A stretch of DNA of 64,000 nucleotides, taken from an uncultured delta proteobacterium (lineage in GTDB: Bacteria; Myxococcota_A; Polyangia; Polyangiales; Polyangiaceae). Shown in pieces: positions 19,211 through 29,401 of the stretch. How positions within the stretch are numbered: the first letter of the stretch is position 1; every line of letters starts with the position of its first letter. The stretch spans positions 288,001 to 352,000 of the forward strand of contig CAWJCS010000005.1 in NCBI GenBank assembly GCA_963841435.1, given 5' to 3'. The notes beneath the pieces are model-generated. The model saw nothing but the letters and a program-made list of their open reading frames with translations. It ran no database searches and had not been told where the DNA came from. The position numbers were made by a program, and so were the translations under genes.

Positions 19211-20650
19211 CTACTGGCTGTAGCTCGGCGTCCAGCCGCCGAGCACCTTTTGAATGGTATAGTTCCCGGCCTCGCTCGAGCTCATTTGGTAGCCGGAGTG
19301 GGCGCTCGCGTTCGCGCCGGGGCCCGTGCTCTGGTACTCGCGGAAGCGCGCGTTCGCGGGGTCGTTGCTGCTCATGGGGACGAAGCCCGCGGACGCGATG
19401 TGCGTGCCGAGATTCACGTTCAGGTAGGCCCCCGCGCCGTCAGCGCCCCAGGGCCTGCCGAGGGCCACGGAGTTCGCCTTGACGGAGGAGACGGCCGTGA
19501 AGTTGCCGCCCAGGAAAACGATGCCGTATGGCAGCGATACGTCGGTGTTCGGTGCGGCGACGGCCGAGCCGCCCTCGACGTTGCGTACCTCGCAATTCTG
19601 GAGAATGGCCGTGGCGCCGCCGAAGACGTAGTCGGTGTTGCCCTGCACGTAGCAGTCGCGAAAATACTGGAGCCCGTGGTGCGTGTAGAGGGTGTCCTGG
19701 TAGCCGACGAAGCGGCAGCCCAAGAACTGCTGGCGATCCCCGTTGGTTCTGAGCGCAACGGCCTGCGAGCCACTCCCGAAGCTATTTTCGATGGTGAGGT
19801 TCGCCGCTGAAAAGTCGTCGGCGCTCACGTAAACGCTCGCGGTGCCGCTCGTGCTGCCCACCTTGGCGTTGTCATCGTCGTAGGTGAGCACCGTCAACAT
19901 TACGTTCTCGCCGACGAGGCAGAGGTTGCTGCGGCTCGCGATGGTGATCTTTTCGCGATAGGTACCCGCGCGGATGTCGATGCGGATGTGAGTCGAGCTC
20001 CCGCTCGAGATGGAATCGATCGCCGCTTGCACGGTGCTGAACTGGCCGCCGCTCTTCGCCACCGTGATGGTCTGCGTGATGCCGGGCGGGCACAGGGCCG
20101 AGCCCGAGCCAGCCGCGCCTGCGCTGCCCGACGAGCCAGCGGTTCCACTGCTGCCGCCCGCGCCGCCTGCGCCCAACCCTCCGCCTCCCATCGACCCCGC
20201 AGTACCCCCCGCCGACGACCCCGCGCCGGAGGCCCCTGATGTGCCCGCGCCGCCGGCGCCACCTGCGGCAACGCCGCCAGCGCCCGAAGTCCCGCTGCTG
20301 CCGCTCTCTCCCGCAGCTCCCGCACCGGCCGCTCCAGCACCGGACGTCCCCGCGCCGAGACTCCCCGCGACACCTGCCCCCCCGGTGGTTCCCGATTGTC
20401 CGCCGCCCGCCACGCCGCCCGTGGCTCCCCCCACGCCCGCCGTTCCGGCTCCGGACGCACCGCTCGTGCCGCCCACCCCCGCCCCGGCGAAGCTCGCACC
20501 GGCCGACCCACTACCTCCCCCCGCCGTGCCACCGGCTGGCGCGCCGCCCGACGCAGACACGGCTTCCTCGGAAGGCTCCGCACCCGAGCAGGCCACGGCG
20601 CCCAACAGGAGCAAGAGCTGGGGAAGCGAGTGCGCGCGCTTTGCGATCAT
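19211..20650 (-). CDS. Pectinesterase (CE8) lipoprotein with long Gly/Ala/Ser linker
   Basis: AVAC lipobox; TVQAAID, GTYREK, QAVAL, GYQDTL, GNTDYVFG, LGRPW. Confidence 0.92.
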   Translation of the reverse strand: MIAKRAHSLPQLLLLLGAVACSGAEPSEEAVSASGGAPAGGTAGGGSGSAGASFAGAGVGGTSGASGAGTAGVGGATGGVAGGGQSGTTGGAGVAGSLGAGTSGAGAAGAGAAGESGSSGTSGAGGVAAGGAGGAGTSGASGAGSSAGGTAGSMGGGGLGAGGAGGSSGTAGSSGSAGAAGSGSALCPPGITQTITVAKSGGQFSTVQAAIDSISSGSSTHIRIDIRAGTYREKITIASRSNLCLVGENVMLTVLTYDDDNAKVGSTSGTASVYVSADDFSAANLTIENSFGSGSQAVALRTNGDRQQFLGCRFVGYQDTLYTHHGLQYFRDCYVQGNTDYVFGGATAILQNCEVRNVEGGSAVAAPNTDVSLPYGIVFLGGNFTAVSSVKANSVALGRPWGADGAGAYLNVNLGTHIASAGFVPMSSNDPANARFREYQSTGPGANASAHSGYQMSSSEAGNYTIQKVLGGWTPSYSQ

Positions 20651-20772
20651 GCGGACGTCGTTGCCGTGCGCGCGCGGCGCCCGTCAGGAAAGTGAGCGCC
20701 CAGAGCGGAGGTGCCGGGTGCCGGAAGCTCCGCGCGCGCATCCGGCAGGAGAGTCTCCAGGTACGGCGCGCG

Positions 20773-21222
20773 CTATTCGAGGACGGCCGAGGCTGCGGGC
20801 GGGGCGGCGTGCGGCTCGGAGGCTGACGGGGGCGGCGCTGCTGGCATGACGGTCGCGCCGGCGATCTCGAAGGCGTGCTTCGTCTTCCGGCAGGTCGAGG
20901 TCTTCGTGTAGCCGTAGATGGCCGAGCCGGCGAACAGGGTGGCGAAGGTCAGGCCGAGCGCGATATCGGCCTCGCGACTGATCGGGAAGTCCTTGTAGTC
21001 CTTGTCATCGGCGCTGGCGGCGTACGCCATGCGCACGACCTCGAGGCCAGCGGCGATGCTGTCGAGCGCCGGCGCGGCCTTCGAGGTGGTGCAGTCGACG
21101 GGCGCTGGGCGCGACCCTTCCGCCACTTTTGGCGGCGGCTCGACGAACACGAGCGAACAGCCCGCCGTCGGGGTGAGCACGAAAATGCCGAGAACGCCGA
21201 GGAAACGAGAGGGTGATTGCAT
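20773..21222 (-). CDS. Hypothetical membrane lipoprotein
   Basis: TAGCSLVFV...CTTS..AP.LD...SAIYGY...C pattern; GGAGG RBS. Confidence 0.7.
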   Translation of the reverse strand: MQSPSRFLGVLGIFVLTPTAGCSLVFVEPPPKVAEGSRPAPVDCTTSKAAPALDSIAAGLEVVRMAYAASADDKDYKDFPISREADIALGLTFATLFAGSAIYGYTKTSTCRKTKHAFEIAGATVMPAAPPPSASEPHAAPPAASAVLE

Positions 21223-21486
21223 GGGATGTCCTCCGGTCCCCCGCCGTATCGGCGCGGCGGCGTCGGCGGTTGCGTCGGCGGCGATGCGGTCGCGTCTCGG
21301 GGGTGATGCGCCCCCCGCCCACCGCCCGACGCGCCTCGCGTGAACCAACCCCGGACCGCGACGACCGGGTGCCCCGGTCGAGCGAGAGAGGAAGATTCCT
21401 CTGTCGCGGATTGGGGCGCGTCCGGGGTGCATTTTCAATCGAAACCCGGCCGCTGAGGGCGCCTGTACAGATGGAGGATCTCCACG

Positions 21487-23415
21487 ATGTCATTCGTCTC
21501 CCCCACCCAGGTGACAGGCCTACTCGGGACCGCGGGTCTCCTGGCCGGCCTGCTATCGGTAGGCTGCACCGGAGAGGTCGGCGGCCCCAACGGGCCCGGC
21601 AATCCGATGGGCACCGGCGCATCCCAGGGAGCCGGTGCCACGGGCACGGGCGGGAGCGGCACGGGCGGTAGCTCCGGTGTGGGTGCGGGTGGCAGCTCCG
21701 GCGTGGGCACGGGCGGCAGCTCCGGCGTAGGCACGGGCGGTAGCGCCGGCACGGGTGGCACGGGTGGCACCGGGGGCTCGAGCGGCGCGGTCGGTTGCGT
21801 GGGGACGCACGTCACCACGAGCAAGCGCGTCGTGCGCCTCACGGAGTACCAGCTCTACAACTCGTACACCGCGCTGTTCGGTTCCACCGCGGCCGCGACG
21901 ATCGCAAAAGACGAGGATCCTCCGTCGCTCCTCGAGCGCGAGTTCCCGCCCATCAGCGGTGAGATCAGCGTGAGCGAAGGTCTGTTCGCTCTTTACGATC
22001 GCCTCGCGCAAGCGGCGATGAGCTACGTGTCGGCGAACTCGGCGACCGTCACCTCGTGCGGCGCAACACCGTCCGACACGGCGTGCGTCCAGCAGTACCT
22101 GCTCACGTTCGCCGAGAAGGCCTTCCGCCACCCTTTGAGCGCGGAAGAGCAGAGCGCCATCACGGGCCAGTTCTGGACCGAGATGACCGCCGCGGGGGCA
22201 ACCGCTGCGGAAGCGCTCGCGTATGGCGTCTACGGCGTCTTGAGCTCGCCGAGCTTCATCTATCGCACCGAGTTCGGCAACGACGTGGCGAGCGACGGCG
22301 CGCTCACCCCGTACGAGCTCGCCTCGACCGTCTCGATGTTCCTCACCGATCAGCCGCCGGACGCCGAGCTCTTGACCGCGGCCGCTGCCGGTCAGCTCGC
22401 CACGCCCGACCAGGTGCGCGCTCAGGCCACGCGTCTGCTCGCAACGCCCCAAGCACGAGCAAACCTCGAGATTGCCCTGATCCGCTACTTCAAGCTCACC
22501 AACGCGCCCAACGTCATCCTCAACCCGGAAACGGTGCCGGGCATCACCGTGACGGGCGGCCTGCTCGCCTCGATTTATCACGAGAGCGAGCTCTTCATGA
22601 AGAACACGCTCTGGACGGGGCCGCTCGACGCGCTGCTCACGTCGCGCGACACGTGGACCACCTCGCAGGTCGCCACGCAGATCTACGGGGTCTCGGCGCC
22701 CACCAACACCGACGCGGATGGCTTCGGGCTCGTCCAGCTCCCCGCCGATCGGTCCGGTCTGCTCACGCTCTCGACGTTCCTCACGTCAACCGCGCGCTCC
22801 ACGGGGACCTCGCCGGTCACGCGCGGCCTCGCGGTCAATGGCTCGATCATCTGCGAGGTGAACCCGCCCTTCCCCGAGGTGATCAACCCCGACACCGGTC
22901 AGACCGAGCCCGACCCCGAGGTCGCGGCGGCGATCGCGTCGCTCGCGAACAAGAGCGAGCTCGAAAAGACCCAGTTCCGCGCCATGACGCCCAAGTGCGC
23001 GGGCTGCCACTCGCAGTTCGACGCGTTCGGCATGGTGCTCGAGCCGTACGACTCCGTCGGCCGCTACCGCACCACGGACCTCGAGGGTCGCGCCATCGAC
23101 GCGACGTGGACCACGACGACGCTACCGGACTCGGTGGGCGGCGCGATGGTCACGAGCGCCGCCGAAACCGGCCAGGCCCTCGCCAAAAGCGGCGCGCTCG
23201 ATCGCTGCATGGCCATGAACTTCATCAACTTCGCGCTCACCGAAGTCTCGAAGGGCGGCGCGAACAACACCGACCTCTCCCAGGGCCCGCAGACGGCAAG
23301 CTGCGCCGTGCAAGGGGTCCTCGACAGCTTCGAAGCGACGGACAAGAGCTTCCCGTCGCTCATGCGCGAGATCGCGGCGTCGGAAACGCTAGCCGCGCGC
23401 TCGAAAGGACAGTGA
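21487..23415 (+). CDS. DUF1592/DUF1588/DUF1595 multidomain lipoprotein
   Basis: RLT..QL.N; FAEKAFRHPL; LSSPSFIYRTE; LTPYELAS; RSGLLT; TSPVTRG; CAGCH...D..GRYR. Confidence 0.9.
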   Translation: MSFVSPTQVTGLLGTAGLLAGLLSVGCTGEVGGPNGPGNPMGTGASQGAGATGTGGSGTGGSSGVGAGGSSGVGTGGSSGVGTGGSAGTGGTGGTGGSSGAVGCVGTHVTTSKRVVRLTEYQLYNSYTALFGSTAAATIAKDEDPPSLLEREFPPISGEISVSEGLFALYDRLAQAAMSYVSANSATVTSCGATPSDTACVQQYLLTFAEKAFRHPLSAEEQSAITGQFWTEMTAAGATAAEALAYGVYGVLSSPSFIYRTEFGNDVASDGALTPYELASTVSMFLTDQPPDAELLTAAAAGQLATPDQVRAQATRLLATPQARANLEIALIRYFKLTNAPNVILNPETVPGITVTGGLLASIYHESELFMKNTLWTGPLDALLTSRDTWTTSQVATQIYGVSAPTNTDADGFGLVQLPADRSGLLTLSTFLTSTARSTGTSPVTRGLAVNGSIICEVNPPFPEVINPDTGQTEPDPEVAAAIASLANKSELEKTQFRAMTPKCAGCHSQFDAFGMVLEPYDSVGRYRTTDLEGRAIDATWTTTTLPDSVGGAMVTSAAETGQALAKSGALDRCMAMNFINFALTEVSKGGANNTDLSQGPQTASCAVQGVLDSFEATDKSFPSLMREIAASETLAARSKGQ

Positions 23416-23416
23416 G

Positions 23417-25009
23417 ATGAAATCGTATCGCTTCGCTCGACGCTCGTTCCTCGCCGGCATCGGTGGCGCCGTCGGTCTCGAGATCCTGCTCAGGAACATG
23501 GAGGCCGCAGCGATGGGCGCCGGCGCGCCGCCGCGCTTCTTGATGATGCACTGGCCCGTCGGCACGATCAGGAACCAGTTCATCCCCACGGGCACCGGCA
23601 CTTCCTACAGCACGTCGAAGACGGCTCAGGGTCCCGGCTACATCATCTCGCCGTTCGATACGCCGGAGCTTCGCCCGTACACAATCGCGATGCACGGCTT
23701 CAACATGAACGGCATCAGCGGCCAGGGGGGCGGCCACGAAGACGGCACGCCGTTCGCCACGACGGGCTCGAGCTCGCCCGGGACGCGCGCCAACGGCGGC
23801 GAGGCCGACGACGGCTGCGCCGGCGGGCCGTCGTGGGATCAGATCATGCTGAAGAACGTGCCCGAGCTCTCCCGCAAGGACGGCATGGGTACGATCATCG
23901 GCAAGGGGTATTACAACACGATCTGCGACAAGCGCATCGACTCCTACGAGACGTCGACGCGCTGCCTTTCGTACAGCTACGAGAAGCAGTCGATCAACTC
24001 GGCACGTCCCGGCGGCTCGATCACCGAGAACAAGCCACTCCCGCCCGAGCTCAGCCCGCTCCGCGCCTTCAACGACCTCTTCAGCGGCTTCATGCCCGGC
24101 GGCACGATGAGCGATCCGCAGGCGCTCAAGATCCTGAAGCTCCGAAAGAGCGTGCTCGACTACTCGCTGCGCGAGCTCGACCGGCTCAAGACGCTCGGCC
24201 CGGCAAGCGAGCGGGACAAGATCGATAGCCACGCGGCGGCCGTTCGCAAGCTCGAAGCCCAGCTCACCGATCAGATCAGCAACGGCGGCACCGGCACGAC
24301 CGGGGAATGCACCCTGCCCCCGATGCCGGATTCTTCCCTCACCGGCAAGACGGGCGACACGCTCGGCGGGGACTACAACAATCCGGTCGCCAACCAGTCC
24401 GACGAGACGACCCACGAAGCCGTGGGCAAGGCCCATGCAGCCATCATCCGCGCCGCATTCGCCTGCGACCTCATCCGCGTGGCGACCTTCCAGTGGTCAC
24501 CCGGGACCAATCACGTCTCGTTCAAGGGGCTCGACCCGAACAGCCCGAACACGATCTACATGCACCACCCGCTCAGCCACCGCGTGGGCGACGCGAACTT
24601 CTACAACGGCGCGCGCCCCTCGACGAACGCGTACATCTGGGACGCCATGGTGAATGCCAACCGCTGGTACTTCCAGAAGACGGCCGACATCCTCAACGAG
24701 TTCAGGCTGCAGATCGATCCGCTCGATCCGATGGGCGGTAGCCTGCTCGACACCACGGTGATCCCCATGATCACGGAAGTGGCCGAGGCCGCTCACACTC
24801 GAAACGGGCATGGCGCGTTCATTTTCGGCGGCACCAAGCTCGGCATGCAGGGCGGCCAGTACAAGAGCGTCTCCGGCATCCACAATCAGTTCTGGGTGAC
24901 GGTGGCCCAGGCGTTCCTCGGCTCGAACGCCGTGAGCGCGCTGTCGGGCGAGAGCTACGTGAAGAACGGGGCGAACCCCATCGCGGGGATCTGGTCCGCT
25001 CCGGCCTGA
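23417..25009 (+). CDS. DUF1552 family protein with twin-arginine signal
   Basis: ARRSFL Tat motif; SVLD; AFACDLIRVATFQ; HHPLSH; usual partner of DUF1592, 1 bp downstream. Confidence 0.9.
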   Translation: MKSYRFARRSFLAGIGGAVGLEILLRNMEAAAMGAGAPPRFLMMHWPVGTIRNQFIPTGTGTSYSTSKTAQGPGYIISPFDTPELRPYTIAMHGFNMNGISGQGGGHEDGTPFATTGSSSPGTRANGGEADDGCAGGPSWDQIMLKNVPELSRKDGMGTIIGKGYYNTICDKRIDSYETSTRCLSYSYEKQSINSARPGGSITENKPLPPELSPLRAFNDLFSGFMPGGTMSDPQALKILKLRKSVLDYSLRELDRLKTLGPASERDKIDSHAAAVRKLEAQLTDQISNGGTGTTGECTLPPMPDSSLTGKTGDTLGGDYNNPVANQSDETTHEAVGKAHAAIIRAAFACDLIRVATFQWSPGTNHVSFKGLDPNSPNTIYMHHPLSHRVGDANFYNGARPSTNAYIWDAMVNANRWYFQKTADILNEFRLQIDPLDPMGGSLLDTTVIPMITEVAEAAHTRNGHGAFIFGGTKLGMQGGQYKSVSGIHNQFWVTVAQAFLGSNAVSALSGESYVKNGANPIAGIWSAPA

Positions 25010-25077
25010 GACGTTTCCCCGCACGGACGAGCGCCGCATTTGCGCCTCACCGACGCGTGAGGGGCGTCGAGCACGAC

Positions 25078-25104
25078 TCGAAAGCCGTTGAGTAACGGCT
25101 TCGA
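25078..25104. other. Inverted repeat (hairpin or operator) between DUF1552 and ompA-like gene
   Basis: AAGCCGTT-GAGT-AACGGCTT flanked by TCG(A)/CGA. Confidence 0.5.
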
Positions 25105-25335
25105 AAGAGGGGGCCCCCGGCGTCCCGAAGCCTGGAAACCGTGCGGCGGGCATGGGGTCGCGCGACGTCCGCGGAAGATTTCGGTGTGGGCACCGAGGGG
25201 CGGCCCGACGTAATTTGCGGCCACCGCCGACATATTCTCCGAAAACTCGTCGCCGCGGCTCCACGTTTCTGTTACTTGACGGCCGTTGCTAGGGAACCAA
25301 GAGGCTCCCCGGGGAAAAGCAGAGGGTTACGCACG

Positions 25336-26779
25336 ATGTCAAAGCAGACCATGCGCTTTCGAATTTTTAGCTGTGCCGTGCTTGCCGCGGGCAGCGCGAT
25401 GGCACAAGAGGCGCCGGCGGCCGGTGGCGGTGCCTCCCTATCGACGGGTGACGGCGCCAAGGCCAGCATGGAGACGAGCGGCGCGGCTCCCGCGGACGGG
25501 TCGGCATTCGAGCCCTACGAGGAGGGCTACCCGCCGGAAGGCAACGTGCTCGAGATCGGCATCTTCGGCGGCGTCCTCTTCCCGAGCCCGATCCACCAGC
25601 TGCGCAATCACGAGCTTTACCCCACTCACTACAAGTACAACTCCGGGCTCGAGGGCGGCGGGCGCCTCGGATACTACCCGCTGTCGTGGGTCGGCATCGA
25701 AGGCGAAGGCATGGGCGCAAGCTCCAAGGTCAAGGGCGTGGGCGACCTCGCCGTGCTCTTCGGGTACCGAGGCTTTCTGGTCGTGCAAGCACCGACACCG
25801 TACGTCGCCCCGTTCCTCGTCGGCGGCTACGGCAGGCTCGGCGCCGTGAGCCACGCCATGGGCGGCGACGTTGATCAGGGCTGGATGTTCGGCGCCGGCG
25901 CGAAGATCCCGATGACGCACATCCTCGGCCTGCGTGTCGATTTCCGCGACAACCTCACGCCGAACAAGCACCTCGGCAAGGGGCAGGGGCACAGCTTCGA
26001 GCTCCAGCTGGGCCTCTCCGCGACGATCGAGCGGTCGCGCAAGGAACCGCCGCCTCCGCCGCCGGATTCCGACCACGACGGCGTCGGCCGATCCGATGGA
26101 CAAGTGCCCGAACGACGCGGGCGTGGCGCCCGATGGCTGCCCGACGGACATGGACGCCGACGGCGTGCTCGACCGGGACGACTTCTGCCCGCGTGAAGCC
26201 GGGCCCGCTCCGAAGGGCTGCCCGATCATCGACCCGGATCCCGACAAGGACGGCGTGCCGCTGCCCTGCGATCAGTGCCCGGACGAGGCGGGGATCAAGC
26301 CCGACGGCTGCCCGGTGCGCGACAAGGACGGCGACGGCATTCCCGACGACCGCGACAAGTGCCCCGACGCTGCCGAAACCAAGAACGGCTTCGAGGACGA
26401 CGACGGCTGCCCCGACAAGATCCCCGAGGCGGTTCAGAAGTACTCGGGTGTCGTGCCGGGCATCTACTTCGAGAAGGGCAAGGCCGTGATTCGGCCCACC
26501 TCGAAGCGTGTGCTCGATGCCGCGGTCAAGGTTCTCGAGCAGTACCAGAGCATCTCCTTCGAGATTTCCGGGCACACGTCGAGCGAAGGCGACCCGACCG
26601 TCAACGACGAGCTGTCGCTCGCGCGCGCCGACGCCGTGAAGCAGTACTTCGTCGACAAGGGCATCGCCCCGAATCGCCTGAAGACGCGCGGCGCCGGCTC
26701 CTCGGAGCCCGTCGCCGACAACAAGACGCGTTCGGGCCGCGAGCAGAATCGCCGCATCGAGTTCAAGGTCCTGCAGTAG
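25336..26779 (+). CDS. OmpA family protein with thrombospondin type-3 repeats; +1 frameshift at about 26087
   Basis: Beta-barrel N-domain, DxDxDGVxDxxDxCP repeats, OmpA-C (ISGHTS...N.ELS.ARADAVK...NRRIEF). Frame changes right after DSDHDGV. Confidence 0.9.
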
Positions 26780-26790
26780 GCGCCCTCGGC

Positions 26791-26827
26791 GGCGCCGTGC
26801 CGGCGGCATCTCTGCCGGCGCGGCGCC
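26791..26827 (+). terminator. GC-rich 16-bp stem-loop after ompA-like gene (no U-tract)
   Basis: GGCGCCGTGCCGGCGG-CATCT-CTGCCGGCGCGGCGCC with two G-U pairs. Confidence 0.5.
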
Positions 26828-26869
26828 CCGTGGCTCGACACGGGGCCCGAGAAGCCGCAGCATTCGGCC

Positions 26870-27880
26870 GTGGACGCCTCGGGACGAGCCGAGCACGACG
26901 AGCGTTCCGCGTCGGCGCGCGGCTTCGCCTGGACCGAAGCGCCCGAGCCGCACGCCGAGCGGCGCCGCGCCATGCTGCGCGACCATCCCGAAATTCGCGC
27001 CCTCTACGGCCCTTCGACGCGCACCAAGTACGTCTGCACCGCGCTCGTCGCCGTTCAGCTCGCCGTCGCATACCTCCTCCGCGACGCTTCGTGGGTGTGG
27101 GTCGTCATCGTGGCGTACGCCTTCGGAGGCGTCGTCAACCAGTCGCTCCTGCTCGCGATTCACGAGCTCAGCCACAACCTCGCCTTCCGGCGGCCTGCGT
27201 ACAACCGTCTGTTCGCGGTGTTCGTCAACCTGCCGATCGGCGTGCCCGTGGCGGAGACGTTCCGCTACTACCACCTCCTGCATCACCTCAATCAAGGCGA
27301 CGAGCGGCTCGATACCGATCTACCCACCGAGCTCGAAGGCCGGCTCACGCGCGGGCCCGTCGGCAAGCTCCTCTGGCTCAGCGTGCAGGGGCTCGCGTAC
27401 GCCCTTCGCCCGCTCATCGTCCACCCGAAGCGCCCGAGCCTCGCCGAGCTCGGCAACCTCGTCGTCGTTTTCGCCTTCGACTGGGCGGTGCTGCACTTCT
27501 GGGGCGTGAAATCGCTCGCGTACCTGCCGATCGGCTCGCTCGCCGTCATGGGTCTGCACCCGATCGCCGGCCACTACATTTCCGAGCACTACGTGTTTCG
27601 CCCGGGCCAGGAGACGTACTCGTACTACGGGCCCCTCAATCTCATCGCCTTCAACGTGGGCTACCACAACGAGCACCACGATTTTCCGTACGTTGCGGGC
27701 GCGCGGCTGCCGGAGCTCCGACGCATCGCGCCCGAGTTCTACCGCGACCTTTTGCACCACGGATCGTGGACGGCAACGCTCGTTCGCTACGTCACGCGCC
27801 CGAGCCTCGGTGGTTTTAGCCGCGTCAAACGCCGCACGCGCGGGGACGCGTCGTCGCGCACGACGCCCGCCACCCGCTGA
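26870..27880 (+). CDS. Sphingolipid delta-4 desaturase (DES1/DEGS-like)
   Basis: F.W....EPH..RR..ML..HPEI N-domain; His boxes HELSH, HLLHH, HNEHH; ETYSYYGPLN; SRVKR tail. Confidence 0.9.
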   Translation: MDASGRAEHDERSASARGFAWTEAPEPHAERRRAMLRDHPEIRALYGPSTRTKYVCTALVAVQLAVAYLLRDASWVWVVIVAYAFGGVVNQSLLLAIHELSHNLAFRRPAYNRLFAVFVNLPIGVPVAETFRYYHLLHHLNQGDERLDTDLPTELEGRLTRGPVGKLLWLSVQGLAYALRPLIVHPKRPSLAELGNLVVVFAFDWAVLHFWGVKSLAYLPIGSLAVMGLHPIAGHYISEHYVFRPGQETYSYYGPLNLIAFNVGYHNEHHDFPYVAGARLPELRRIAPEFYRDLLHHGSWTATLVRYVTRPSLGGFSRVKRRTRGDASSRTTPATR

Positions 27881-27897
27881 GGCCCGAGGCTCGCGCC

Positions 27898-28266
27898 ATG
27901 GTCCGGTCGAACCTCGCCGCGGCGCTCTTCGCGCTGGCGCTCGCCCACGCGTGCGGCGGCGAGTCGAGCCTCGTTCACTCGGGCGATGCCCGTGGGACGA
28001 ACGCCGAGGACGCCGGCGCCGCCGGCGAGGGTCCGGCGTGCGACCCGTCGAGCGAGCACCAGCGCCGCTACATCGGGCTCGGGGCCGAGTGCCCCGGCGT
28101 CGAGTTCCGCTGCTACGATCCGACGACCGTCTTCTGGAACGACTGCGGCTGCGGCTGCGAGGAAGACCCGAATTGCCCCGAAGTCTTCGACTGCTCGCCG
28201 CGCGCGAGCACGCCCTGCACGCCCGAAGAGCTCGCTCACTGTCCGTTCAGCCGGGTGCTCGAATGA
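27898..28266 (+). CDS. Small Cys-rich lipoprotein
   Basis: AHAC lipobox; RYIG...C....F.C.....F.NDCGCGC. Confidence 0.7.
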   Translation: MVRSNLAAALFALALAHACGGESSLVHSGDARGTNAEDAGAAGEGPACDPSSEHQRRYIGLGAECPGVEFRCYDPTTVFWNDCGCGCEEDPNCPEVFDCSPRASTPCTPEELAHCPFSRVLE

Positions 28267-28278
28267 GCGAGCACGCGG

Positions 28279-28791
28279 TTACTTCTCCATGAACCGACGC
28301 AGCGCTTCGAACCACACGAGCTTGTGCCGGAAGCCCGGAAAGCTCGCGTTGAGGCCGCTCGGGTTCGGCACGACGAAAACGCGCGCCCCCGCGATCGTCT
28401 CGGGCTTCTCGCCGGCGCCGCCGCTTCGCGGCAGGCGGAAGTACGTCTGGTAGAGGCTGAGGCCCACGAACGCCACGACGCGCGGCTCGAGACGCGCGAT
28501 CTTTCGCGCCAGCGTGCGCCTGCCGCGCGCAATCTCGTCGCTCGTGAGCTCGGCCGCCGAGCGCGTGGGCCGCGGGCAGAGGTTCGTGAGCGCTATGCCG
28601 GACTCGGCGAGCCTTGCGTCGTCTTCGTACGTGAGCCGCTTCGGAACGAGGCGCGCCTCGTCCAGGAGTCGCCAGAACGGGTTGCCGTTCCCCGCGAAGT
28701 GGTGCCCGAGAGCGGCCGAGCGCAGCCCCGGGTTGATGCCGACGAGCAAGAGCCGTGGGCGGGCGACGATCACGTCCTTGAGGCGCGGCAT
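28279..28791 (-). CDS. mug: G/U mismatch-specific uracil-DNA glycosylase
   Basis: VGINPG, GHHFA..GN.FW, TNL..RPT, PNPSG. Confidence 0.92.
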   Translation of the reverse strand: MPRLKDVIVARPRLLLVGINPGLRSAALGHHFAGNGNPFWRLLDEARLVPKRLTYEDDARLAESGIALTNLCPRPTRSAAELTSDEIARGRRTLARKIARLEPRVVAFVGLSLYQTYFRLPRSGGAGEKPETIAGARVFVVPNPSGLNASFPGFRHKLVWFEALRRFMEK

Positions 28792-28815
28792 GGCGGACGA
28801 AGGCGCCTCGCGGGC

Positions 28816-29229
28816 TCAGCCGACGACGGACACGACGACGCGCCGCGTGGGGCGTGGCCCGTCGAACTCGCAGAAGAAGACGTTTTGCCACGTGCCGAGC
28901 CCAAGCTCCCCGGCCGCGACGGGGATGGTTTCGGACGGACCGACGAGCGCGCTCTTGATGTGCGCAGCGGCATTGTTGTCGATGCGATCGTGCAGCCAGC
29001 CGTCGTGCTCGACGACCATTTTGCCGAGGGCGCGCAAGAAGTCCTTTCCGATGTTCGGATCGTCGTTCTCGTTCACGGTGATCGCGGCCGTGGCGTGTGG
29101 TGTAAAGATCGATATTTGACCGTCGCGCACACCGGACTCGCGCAAAACACCGCGCACCTGGTCCGTGATGTCGACGATTGCCTGCTTGTCGCGCGTCGGG
29201 AACGTGAGGGTGCGAGCGAAGTAGGTCAT
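28816..29229 (-). CDS. yjbQ: YjbQ/UPF0047 family protein
   Basis: PHATAAITVNEN.DP, NAAAHIKS, LGTWQ..FFCEFDGPR. Confidence 0.92.
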   Translation of the reverse strand: MTYFARTLTFPTRDKQAIVDITDQVRGVLRESGVRDGQISIFTPHATAAITVNENDDPNIGKDFLRALGKMVVEHDGWLHDRIDNNAAAHIKSALVGPSETIPVAAGELGLGTWQNVFFCEFDGPRPTRRVVVSVVG

Positions 29230-29401
29230 GCCGAATCCTTCCCCGTTCTCGGAGCGGCGCAAGGGTTCGGCGCCGGCCCCCCGAGCCCCGAGCGTCTCCG
29301 CCCAGCGCGACGCGCCCCGGTGAAGCGTCTCACAGGGTCGGCCGAAAAAAGCACCGGCACCGCGATGCGCGCCAAGCAATCGTCCAAAAACCGCGGGAGC
29401 T

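Noticed and set aside
20090-20560. Gly/Ala/Ser-rich stretches (also near 21650, 43950, 52200, 60300, 63600) as RiPP precursors or collagen
   Set aside because: Ordinary low-complexity linkers between an anchor and a folded domain; no Gly-X-Y period and no modifying enzymes.
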